DNA from: Octopus bimaculoides
Lineage: Eukaryota
DNA length: 64,000 bases
Direction: 5' to 3'
Assembly (NCBI RefSeq): GCF_001194135.2
Contig: NC_068983.1
Location: 30,474,941 to 30,538,940 of the forward strand
The position numbers and the translations under genes are program-made. Below, piece after piece: positions 1 to 64,000 of the stretch (its first letter is position 1; each line of letters starts with the position of its first letter). Below the pieces are notes generated by a model that made no database searches, had not been told where the DNA came from, and saw only the letters and a list, made by a program, of their open reading frames with translations.

Positions 1-38
<38 letters not shown>

Positions 39-841
39 GTACATACACACATATTTATATATACATGTATGTATGTATGTATGTATGTATGAATGTATGA
101 ATGTACATATATATGTGTATATGTGTATATATAGCTTGAATTTCGATGGAAGATGCATAGAAGTGTTTTAAGACACAAACAATTAATCGTAATTTCAAGA
201 TGTAATAACAAACGCCATAATTTTATTCATTTTAAAACTTTTATTTAGATTTCTGTTGCTGGTGAAATGATGGATATTTATTATATAAACGTGTGTTTAT
301 GTTTGTTCCCCGACCACCTGGCAACTGACGTTTTGTTTACGTGTCCGTAATTTGGCGTTTTGGCACAAGGGACCGGTAAAATAAATGCCAGACTTACGAA
401 TAAAAATAAATCCTGGGGGGTCGACTAAACCTTGAAAGCAGTGCCCCTTAACTTATTCAAACAGTCTGAATAAACCGTTGAAGGCGAAACACTAGATCTC
501 AATCAAATACTTATTGTCAATAAATTTCACCTTGTTTTTAATGTATTGAATCTCACTACCGGTAAATGTTTACGCTGTTTTTCAAAAAGTTGATTGAAAA
601 TATACATATATATATATATACATATATGTATGTATACATGTATGTATGTTCATATACATACATATATAGACAGACAGATAGATAGATAGATAGAGAGAGA
701 GATAATCGTTGTTTGCACCATGTACGGCGAGATCTGGAATGAATATTTGCATGTTTATTATAAAAACGTCTAGGCAGGTTCAGACGCAAAATACGCTTGT
801 TGTAGTATGTCATAACTTATCCCTTTTACTATGATCATAGA

Positions 842-1217
842 TACGAGGGCGAATAAAAAATTATGTGCACTCTTGTTTTTTCAATGCATTTACACAAAGG
901 CAGGGGATAAACAAGTACGTCACTTTTCTATATAGTCTCCCTTCTTTTCGATGCACTTGGTCCAGCGTCCACGTGTTTATGTATTCCCTCAAAGAAGGTT
1001 TTCGGTTGGTCGTGCAATTATTTATGTACCGCTTCCTTCACATCTTCATCCCTAGGAAATCAACGACCTCGTAAACTATCTTTGAGCAGTCCAAAGATAT
1101 GATAATCAGAAGGGGCGAGATCTGGGTTGTAGGTAGGGTGTTCCAGTACCTCAACACTCAATTGGTTAATGGTTCCAACGGTTTGGGCGGCCGTGTGTGG
1201 ACCTGAATTGTCATGCA
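842..1217 (-). mobile_element. Mariner transposon 3' remnant
   Basis: HDNSGPHTA...HPTYNPDLAPSDYHIFGLLKDSLRGR, then a decayed ...KCIEKKGDYIEK* C-terminus; TA+CGAGGG terminus at 842; cut by a gap. Confidence 0.88.
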
Positions 1218-1611
1218 NNNNNNNNNNNNNNNNNNNNNNNNNNNNNNNNNNNNNNNNNNNNNNNNNNNNNNNNNNNNNNNNNNNNNNNNNNNNNNNNNNN
1301 NNNNNNNNNNNNNNNNNNNNNNNNNNNNNNNNNNNNNNNNNNNNNNNNNNNNNNNNNNNNNNNNNNNNNNNNNNNNNNNNNNNNNNNNNNNNNNNNNNNN
1401 NNNNNNNNNNNNNNNNNNNNNNNNNNNNNNNNNNNNNNNNNNNNNNNNNNNNNNNNNNNNNNNNNNNNNNNNNNNNNNNNNNNNNNNNNNNNNNNNNNNN
1501 NNNNNNNNNNNNNNNNNNNNNNNNNNNNNNNNNNNNNNNNNNNNNNNNNNNNNNNNNNNNNNNNNNNNNNNNNNNNNNNNNNNNNNNNNNNNNNNNNNNN
1601 NNNNNNNNNNN

Positions 1612-1679
<68 letters not shown>

Positions 1680-3034
1680 CATATATACATATATCTATAT
1701 ACATACATACAAACATACACTCATGCACACATATAAAATATGATTTATGAAGCATCAATGTGGCTGGCAACTGCTGCAAAGTAAACGAGAGCGGGTACAT
1801 TGCGTGTGTGTGTGTGTGAGAGAGACTATGTGAGTGCGTCTATGTATTTATATACGTGCATGTGTATGTGACTATATGAGTGCATCCATGTGTTTGTATG
1901 CGTGCATGTGTGTTTGTAGTGTGTATGCATGCGTGTGTGTCTTGTGTGTGTGTCTGTGTATGTGAGTGTATGTATGCGCACGTGTATTGGATATAGCTAG
2001 AACAACACTCAGAGTCGGGTGGTACGTACGCATCGAGGGACGGGTAATTTAGTCTACGACTGATAATAGTGGCAAGGCGGTGCTATCAGCTGAAAAAGAA
2101 TATGGGGAAATACTTAAGTTAACCACAAGAAGGTAAGGGAACCTAGTGAAACGCAGTAAGATATTTTTAGCGTATTATTTGAATGAAGCAATTATTTTGT
2201 CTTATTTTTAACTCGTTCACAAAGACTGAGGTTGTATGAAAAAGATCTAAATGAACGAGGCTTTCCTGTTTTCTGACTCGTTTTTTTGGTAGATTACTTC
2301 CGATCTATGATTCATACAGAATCCAGCTTAGAATGTTGTATTCTGCCTATTTTCTTTGGACCCCTGCATTATTCATTGTGAAATGTTTCATGTTAGAAGT
2401 TAGCTAAATCAGGTCCATTAAAACAAGAAAAATACCTTCAGAAGTATTAACAAAATCGAAACTGATGATGTCCCCTCCCCCGACACAGTCATTCAGTCTG
2501 CTAGAAATGGCAGCCAAATATTCCTGACATCACACCCCTGCCGTTAAAAAAAAAAAACAGTGCATTTTACCAAAATGATATATTTTACCAAGAAAAAATA
2601 ACGGCGACGTCTGAAATGTCTTTGAACAAAATCTACGTAATCAAGACTGTCCTGAATATCAACAAGAACACCAGCAACAATAATAAAAGACTACCCATTT
2701 CGTCCATGTTTTACTTGAAGGGTGTCGACTTGCGATTGTTGATTTTTAAAAATATGACCAGTCTTGGAGGATTTACGAAGATTGGTGGTCATAGTAACCT
2801 TAGATCCATAGTATTCCTTGAATGGTACTCGTTGGAATCTTTTATTTATCAAGAGAATTGCTTCATCTATGTGTTCACATTTTTTTAATTATGTATACTC
2901 TTATCTCATCCTCCTTCCTCTCTCTTTCTTCTCTTCACTCTTTTGCGCAATCTCCTCCTTCCAAATCGTAAATTGTTTTTGTAATGTCCCTTCATCAGGT
3001 GGCAAATAAAAGAAACCCCAGTCACCATTAGAAG

Positions 3035-3453
3035 GGTGGCGAACTGGCAGACTTCTTATGAGGATGGTGGACTTGCAGAGCGTCGGAAAAATACTCTGCA
3101 GTATTTCTTCCGGGTTTTTATATTCTAGTTCAAATCCCGCAGAGGTCAACTTTACTTTTCGTCCCCCTGGGGTCAATAAAGTAAAGTGTCAGTCTTGTAC
3201 CAGATCGATGGTATCGATGAATCCCTCTCTCTTAAAATAAAGTAGAAACAGCAAGGCGGCGAACTGGCAGAAGTGTTAGAGAGTCAGAAAAAAAAAAATG
3301 TCCTGCGGATTTCTTCCGATTCTATGATCTGAGTTCAAATCTCACCGAGGTTAACTTTGCTTTTTATCGCTCCGGGGTTAGTAAAATAAGGTATCAGATA
3401 AGTATGGGCCTTACGGCAATAACTAGCCTCTTCCAGTAAACTTGCTGGCCTTG
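3035..3453 (+). mobile_element. Two decayed family A SINE copies
   Basis: GGCGAACTGGCAG heads at about 3035 and 3255; GTTCAAAT..C.GAGGT.AACTT bodies. Confidence 0.7.
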
Positions 3454-3951
3454 NNNNNNNNNNNNNNNNNNNNNNNNNNNNNNNNNNNNNNNNNNNNNNN
3501 NNNNNNNNNNNNNNNNNNNNNNNNNNNNNNNNNNNNNNNNNNNNNNNNNNNNNNNNNNNNNNNNNNNNNNNNNNNNNNNNNNNNNNNNNNNNNNNNNNNN
3601 NNNNNNNNNNNNNNNNNNNNNNNNNNNNNNNNNNNNNNNNNNNNNNNNNNNNNNNNNNNNNNNNNNNNNNNNNNNNNNNNNNNNNNNNNNNNNNNNNNNN
3701 NNNNNNNNNNNNNNNNNNNNNNNNNNNNNNNNNNNNNNNNNNNNNNNNNNNNNNNNNNNNNNNNNNNNNNNNNNNNNNNNNNNNNNNNNNNNNNNNNNNN
3801 NNNNNNNNNNNNNNNNNNNNNNNNNNNNNNNNNNNNNNNNNNNNNNNNNNNNNNNNNNNNNNNNNNNNNNNNNNNNNNNNNNNNNNNNNNNNNNNNNNNN
3901 NNNNNNNNNNNNNNNNNNNNNNNNNNNNNNNNNNNNNNNNNNNNNNNNNNN

Positions 3952-4209
3952 GACAGGGGATGGTGGCGAACCCTGCTGTACTCTTCCAACACAGCTTTCT
4001 CTCACTCCTACTTCCTGTTTCTGTTGTGCCTGTAATTCAAAGGGTCAGCTTTGTCACACTGTCACGCTGAATATCCCCGAGAATTACGTTAAGGGTACAC
4101 GTGTCTGTGGAGTGCTCAGCCACTTGCATGTTAATTTTACGAGCCGGCTGTTCCGTTGATCGGATCAACTGGAACGCTCGACGTCGTAAGCGACGGAGTG
4201 CCAACAACT
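3952..4209 (+). mobile_element. SINE family C, 3' portion
   Basis: Reverse complement of 22939-23195; head lies in the N gap. Confidence 0.85.
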
Positions 4210-5118
4210 ACGACGCTTTAATGTCTGCGTTCAAACTCCACCAATGCTTGAGTTTGATTTTTGTTTTGTTAATTAATTGTTGTTATTTGGGTTTTATCTT
4301 CTGGAGATCTTTCATAGGTCTACACCAATTCTAAATCTTTAACTATTTTCACCTTTAGATTATTATCATATTCAACATTTCCACTTTTCTATACTTAGAT
4401 CTTCCTCGTATTTCCTTGCATTCATATTGTTGTTGATATAGTTCTGGTTTAGATTTTGTTGGACATCTTCTGTGCTTATGATAGAGTTTCATTGTGTTTT
4501 GTTTCATATTTTCTTTGATATATTTGCGCTGTCTATCTTTAGGATACATGTTTTCAGCGTTTTTTGTTTTAATATTTAGTGTTGTTTTTTTAATGTATAA
4601 TTTCGTTTTTGTACTTGTTTTCTGTTCGTTGTGTTTTGTTTATGCATATTTTTGTTAAAGTGTTCTATTTCTACGTCTGATATAGTTTGGGTTTTAAGTA
4701 TGTATCTTCTTAAATTAGCAAGTATGAATACATAGATCAGGCTTATTTTCTCTCCAAATATGCATGTTATGCCAATATAGTTTGGAGATAATGGAGGGTA
4801 GGAAGATGTAGAGTGTAACTGTAAAATATCCATGTAGTGTAGAAATATATTCCTTTAGGATCAATTTATACCCTTTCCGTTATATTTTCACAACTTAAGA
4901 AGTATTTATTTAGATAGTAATTAAATTTATCGGATATCGTTTCAAGCGATGAGGAATTTCGCATTTTCTGTTTGCCCTCTTCTTTTTTAATCTTACTATA
5001 TTTTTTGTATTTCTTATGTATCCAATTTTAGAAAAAAAAAAAATAAATGAGTGGAAATCGAACCAGTGTGTGTGTGTGTTAAATAATAAGACATTAAAAG
5101 AGAATGACTCTCCCCAGA

Positions 5119-5155
5119 CACAACAACAACAACAACAATAATAATGATAATAATG

Positions 5156-5240
<85 letters not shown>
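5119..5240. repeat. (CAA)n(AAT)n microsatellite
   Basis: Direct reading; explains the poly-N and poly-I ORFs. Confidence 0.95.
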
Positions 5241-5241
<1 letters not shown>

Positions 5242-5363
5242 CGTCATCCTCCTCCTTCTCCCCCTCTTTGTCGTCGTCAGCAGCGTTTCTATCACAAAAT
5301 GAATAAACGTGACTAATGAGGCGAATTTGTTATTTTTAATTCTTTCCGTTTTCTTCCTTTAAG

Positions 5364-58428
<53,065 letters not shown>

Positions 58429-58512
58429 NNNNNNNNNNNNNNNNNNNNNNNNNNNNNNNNNNNNNNNNNNNNNNNNNNNNNNNNNNNNNNNNNNNNNNNN
58501 NNNNNNNNNNNN

Positions 58513-58745
58513 ACCTCATTGTGTGTGATATTAGCTTGATATTTCCGGCTGAGGAGATTCTGATCTTGCGCTGCTAGGAAAATCCTTCTGTTTCGGCTTT
58601 CAAACCAACACTCTGCAGCCACTGAAGGGTTCTTCTTATATCTACATCAGCTTCCCCAGCTCGTTCGGGGTATTGCCCATGCAATGGTTTTCCTTGCCTC
58701 AGACTTGATATTTTACACTTTTTTGCTGCTTCAGTGGGTGGTGCA
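58513..58745 (-). mobile_element. R4/Dong-like (RLE-type) non-LTR retrotransposon remnant
   Basis: LHGQYPER...DVDIRRTLQWLQSVGLKAETEG(F)(I)LAAQDQNLLSRKYQANI across one frameshift. Confidence 0.7.
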
Positions 58746-58779
58746 TTCTCCTTATTTATTATCATTATTATTAAATCTG

Positions 58780-59290
58780 ATTTCAAATTCCGCCGAGGTC
58801 GAGTTTGCCTTTCATCCTTTCGGGGTCGATAAATTAAGTAACAATGAAGCACTGGGGTCGATGTAATCGACTACCCCCACTCCCTCAAATATCAGGCTTT
58901 GTGCCCATAGTAGGAAGGGTTATTATTAAGGCGGCGAGCTAGCACGAGTATTAACACGACGGGGGTCGATGAAATAAGCATCAGTTGAGCACTGGGATCG
59001 ATTAAATCAACGAGCTCCCTTCTCTTGTAAGTGCCAGAATTTCAGACCATTATTATTAAGATGGTGAGCTGGCAGAATTGTTAGCACGCCGGACAAAAAG
59101 CTTAGCGGCATTTCGACCGTCTTTATGTCCTGAGTCCAAATTCCGTCGCGGTTGACTTTGCTTTTTATCCTCTTTGGATCAATGAAATAAGTACCAGTTG
59201 ACACTGGAGGTCGATGTAATCGACCTATCCTCCCCCAAAATTGCTGGCCCTAGGCCAAAATTTGAAGCCATTATTATTATTATTATTATT
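58780..59290 (+). mobile_element. Cluster of three family A SINE copies or fragments
   Basis: Same motifs, separated by (ATT)n. Further decayed family A copies at about 16469, 25860(-), 29350(-), 30995, 33195, 43594, 45400(-), 50080, 56570, 63505(-). Confidence 0.78.
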
Positions 59291-59591
59291 ATTATAGTGG
59301 CGGAACCGTAAAGCGGTGGCCGCTAATTTCCACACCCTAAAGCAATCATCGATTTCGAAGAAATATTATTATAGGCTTGTCGTGAACGGAGAGAATTCTA
59401 TCTGAACGTTTTTAGAAATGGCCTACTGATACATACTGATCACCTACTCTCAACAAATGTCTGTTAAATTTGTGGTCTATTCTTTATACCCTTTCGACTA
59501 AGTCACAAACAACTATATCGATCACAATAACTACAATACAATTCAATTTACTGGCCATGGTTAATGAGAATTAGCCTAACTGGTGCTGGTA

Positions 59592-60325
59592 TGTGTATGT
59601 GTCTACACCAGTGTGTCTGTGTGTCTATACCTGCGTGTGTGTCTATACCCGCGTGTCTGTGTCTACACCTGTGTGTCTGTGTCTACACCTGTGTGTATAT
59701 TCTCGTGTGTCTACACCAGTGTGTGTGCTCGCGTGTGTCTACACCAGTGAGTGTGCATGCGTATCTCTACACTAGTGTGTGTGTCTACACCAATGCGTGA
59801 ATGTACGTGCGTGTCTACACCAATGCGTGTGTGTGTGTGCGTGCGTGCGTGCGTGTGTCTACACCAATGCGTGTGTCTACAACAAAGCGTGTGTGTCTAC
59901 ATCAATGTGTGTGTGTGCATGCGTCTATACCTGTGTGCGTGTGTGTCTACACTTGTGTACGTGCGTGTCTACACTTATGTGAGTGTGTACGTGCATGCGT
60001 ATGCCTACACTTGTGTGTGTGTGTGTGTGTGCGTGTGTCTACACCAATGCGTGTGTGTGTGTGTGTGCGTGCGTGTGTGCGTGCGTGTGTCTACACCTGT
60101 ATGTGTGTGTCTACACCTGTATGTGTGTGTCTACACCTGTCTGTGTGTGTCTACACCTGTCTCTGTGTGTGCGTGCGTGTGTCTACACCTGTGTACGTGC
60201 GTGTCTACACTTATGTGAGTGTGTACGTGCATGCGTATGCCTACACTTGTGTGTGTGTGTGTGTATGTCTACACCAATGTGTGTGTGTCTACACCAGTGT
60301 GTGTGTGTGTGTGTGTGTTTATCTG
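59592..60325. repeat. (GT)-derived minisatellite with recurring GTGTCTACAC
   Basis: Direct reading; explains the Cys/Val-rich ORFs. Confidence 0.92.
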
Positions 60326-61257
60326 CGCGCGCGCGTAAACTATGAGCTTCATGTTTTCGAGTGTTTAAATGATTAAACAAATATAGCAGTTGGATATTAT
60401 GTAAACATTTGAAAATACATCGAGATGTTATTAGTTAACAGAACATCGATATTTGATTGGTTGGAATGTAAACCGTTTGAAAATGCGTCTCATTTTCATT
60501 TATTCATTGTCATGTACAAACATACATAATACTTTAAATTATTCAGTATTATGCGCACCCCCCCCCCTTTTTTTTTTTGCTTCTTCAGTACTGTGTACAA
60601 CCTCTCCACCCACATATGAGCAAAGATATATTAATAAATAAAACAATCAACTCTTGTTAATGAAGATTTTGTATCAATGAATTTAGAAATGTTTTCGAGA
60701 TATGGAAACAATTAAAATGTTCCTTGTTAGAAGATATGCCGGATATGCGCTCACTGACGTTATCTTGTTTGCTGAAGGATGGTTGGAATTTATAGTAATG
60801 AACAAGAATTCCTACTATCCTCAGGCATTTAACTACACTCATATCCGACATAACCTCTGCCGATAAATCTTTTAATCGTGCAGCTCATTAATGCAACGGC
60901 ACATTAAAAGACAGTGGCTCACAAAATAGAACACATTACATAAAAAACAACATTAATATTCATTAACACAAAATTGGCAAAGATGAAATGGTTCAGTCAT
61001 CCTTAAAGTTGAAATGTTCTTTCTAATTTTGCTAAAATTTTCGTACAGCTATATCTTACCTTAACATTATGTACGAAAATTGTCTCTACTTTCACTACTT
61101 CTATATCCTGTATGACCGTTTCCAACACAAGTACACAAAGCCTCCTTCTGCTACATGCTTCTAACAACCCTAATATCTCCCCATTCAGTAGTACATCTCT
61201 TTCAAAGGCGTTTATCGGTCCAAGTTTTTTTTGCTTACGGATTACAGTGAAATAAAG

Positions 61258-61314
<57 letters not shown>

Positions 61315-61725
61315 CTCGCTAAAACTCTTTTTAAAACGGTTTTTGCGACACCTGTATACATATAAACTTAGAGAAAACTAGTAGTAATACCCGTCGTTGA
61401 TCGGGTAATTATTTTTACTCTTTCTCGGGAGCCACATTCAAAGTGTTATTATATATAGAGAGATTTACTCCTCCTGTATGTGTGTATTTTATAAGAAATT
61501 TTGTAAGAATCGTTCAACGTGCTGCACAGTAGGACTGAACCCATGGTGACATGGTTGGAAAGCAAGCTTCTCAACCACACAGCCACGCCTATAAAGGAGA
61601 GATACATTTTGGATAATATACTCCTTGATACAATATGCTTAACAAAAAGATGGGATGTTTACGGCGAGAAAACCATTGATTTTAATATTTACTCGAGCAA
61701 CGTAACAACTAACAACGCTACACTA

Positions 61726-62060
61726 TACTGGGTGTTCCAGAATTAACAATCTGCTTCAATGAAATTCAGCAAATTTTTAAAAAGCTGACAGAATTTTATG
61801 TTTATTATCAAAACAAATAGATTTATAAATCTTACGTCAAACTTTTATTGAAAATTTTCAACGTCTGTATCCCTGCATACTTCAAATCTCTCTTTAGCGT
61901 TGGGAAACACGTTTTGAAACATTTCAGGAGTTAGCTCCTGCACTGCTAACTGAATGTGTCCTTTAAGCTCAGCTAAATGATTGCTCCATCTTTGGGATGG
62001 AGGTAAAGAAAATGATTGCTGTTGAATTGAAAAAAAGCTGTCATGGATAAATAAGAGGGA
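61726..62060 (-). mobile_element. Tc1/mariner-family transposase C-terminal remnant
   Basis: LAELKGHIQLAVQELTPEMFQNVF...ERFEVCRDT resembles Tc1/mariner C-termini; TA+CTGGGTGTTCC terminus at 61726. Confidence 0.6.
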
Positions 62061-63716
62061 TCCGACAGGAATGAGAATAAGATTATAAACAAAATTCAAA
62101 ATTTATACACGTTTAACACATATTAAACGTGATAAACATAAATAAAAGTGAGGTTTTAGAAAAATGCATCGGATTTCACACAAATCATCATTGATTCTTA
62201 ATTCTGTATTTACTCGACCGACTAATCGGGGATGGGAACACGGAGGCGGGGTGACTAACTGCAGGTGGTGATTGTAGCTTCTGGTCACGCGGTCAAACTC
62301 GAATGGCCGCGAGTCACAACAGTTAGCAGTTTTTTTTTTTTTTTTGTATGAACATTTTGCATTATATAGTTCAGACATAGATGACATAGAAAGCGGACAT
62401 GTTGCCGGGCCATGCTGCGTTGCACAGGATTGAAAACGTGAAACATCAACAGGGCACTTCTGGAGGATGGATGAATGGGTTTGTTGTGCCTTTACCCAGC
62501 CGCGCACACGCACATGGCCCGGTGGTGCGTGGGATGGTAACATGAAGCTTCAACAGGGTACCAACAAAAATTTTAATGTTCTTCTCATTTCCTCTACCAA
62601 ATTGGACAAAAAGGTTTTCATAAAATATTATACACTACTTACAATGCATAAGTAGTGTCAATATTTTATTGTTGGAAAATGGCCTAAAACAAAGATAAAA
62701 CCCAGTTACTAGATTAATTAATCACTTTCCTTTCCTCAAGATTTCAAGTGTGACCTATCTCTCCCTCTTCCCGCTCTGCAGTCGTTTGCAATTTTGAACG
62801 AAAGGTTTGAAATTTTAACTTGCAGTTATTTCTAAGTATATAATGAGACATTTCCAGTTACCAACTGGCTAACAAGTTTAACTTCCGAGCAATGGATTTA
62901 CTATACCCAACTACATAGTTATGTACTTCCAAAATATTCCTATATTCACCATCATTATAGCTTCGTTAACGAGAGACCAAGATATTTAGAACGCTGAAAT
63001 GTCCAAGTCTAGCTAGCTATAAAACCACGGGGTGGAGGATAAAAATCCTTGCTGCTGTAGAATTAATGAATGTTTCAATAGCTCAATTTCTGTTTTTCTA
63101 TTTGTTATATCAAAAAGTCTTCAGCTGTGCTCAATACGATAGGCATATCCCCACACTCTATAGAGGTGTCCAGTGTAGATAAAAGAACACATTTTATATT
63201 CGAGAATATCTTAGATTTATAATGATTTCTAATATTGGGCCAAAATTGAAAATGTAGATAGAACTCTAGTTATATTTCACACATTCGAGTGTTTTCGGAA
63301 GTAATACCACCTTCCATTGCGGAAATAGTGCCGAGATTCTCTACAAAGCGAAAGGTCTTATCAGGTCCGAATACATTCGAACGTGTTAAATATAACTTTA
63401 CACAAATATTTGTTTTCAACGTCATTTCGTGCGGCATCATTAATTTAATTATACCTAAACTCCGAGTGCATGACAAGTAATTATTTAAATCACAATGGAA
63501 AGTCAAGGACAAAATCGATCCCAGCTGGATTTGAACTCAGAACTCGTCAAGATGGAAATAAATTTTCTAAGATATCCAATACGGTGTTCTACCATCTCTA
63601 CCACTTGTTCGCATTTTGTTTGCCATAAATATTCCAAGTAGCTTAAAGATGGAAGAAGACTATTAAAACATAAAAGCGAAAACAGTTGATCGTTTGTTTT
63701 AAAGAAATATTTTCAG

Positions 63717-63772
63717 GAACAAATAGTTTTAACAGCGACGAGGAAATATTCTTAAACTTTCTTAGTAAAAAG
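63717..63772 (+). CDS. Candidate further small exon (GTNSFNSDEEIFLNFLSKK, phase 1-0)
   Basis: atattttcag| acceptor and AAG|gtaaga donor; only one frame is open; no domain support. Confidence 0.3.
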
Positions 63773-64000
63773 GTAAGAAGTAGAATTATATATACATGGA
63801 CGAATTATTTCAAGTAGTATTTTATTTCAAATATGTAAAACCGTTTCGTTTTTTTGGCAATTTAACAAAACTTTTCGTTACTCATCAACCGAAAATGTTC
63901 GTCAGACAGGAAAGTCATATTACTGAATTATGACAGTTATGCTGTTAGCAGATTATAGGCTAATATATACTTAACTATTTTATTTATCCATTTCCACAAA

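Noticed and set aside
2890-2972. Hydrophobic short ORF as the missing signal-peptide exon
   Set aside because: Low-complexity CT-rich tract; the only nearby donor is phase 2, but exon A needs phase 1
5014-5316. Poly-Asn and poly-Ile ORFs
   Set aside because: Translation of an (AAT)n microsatellite
59564-60380. Cys/Val-rich metallothionein-like ORFs
   Set aside because: All frames are open because the sequence is a (GT)-based minisatellite

Overview
AT-rich, gappy eukaryotic genomic DNA. The SINE and LINE content resembles octopus (coleoid cephalopod) repeats; this taxon call is inference from recalled repeat sequences. The window is mostly the body of one large + strand gene whose start and end I could not find. 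Twelve in-frame GT-AG exons (5364-58428, about 1180 codons) encode 22 six-cysteine EB-module-like repeats, one EGF-like domain and a SEA-like domain. The introns hold three tRNA-derived SINE families, decayed LINEs (Tx1/L1-like, RTE-like, R4/Dong-like), Tc1/mariner remnants, hAT MITEs and microsatellites. The strongest non-genic observations are (1) a fold-back element at 27703-28125 made of a tRNA-like Pol III head plus two inverted copies of a minimal Penelope-type hammerhead ribozyme motif, and (2) a SINE whose 3' tail matches the 3' end of the Tx1-like LINE found in the same window. No rRNA, intact tRNA or CRISPR array was seen. TE boundaries are approximate; exon boundaries were read base by base.
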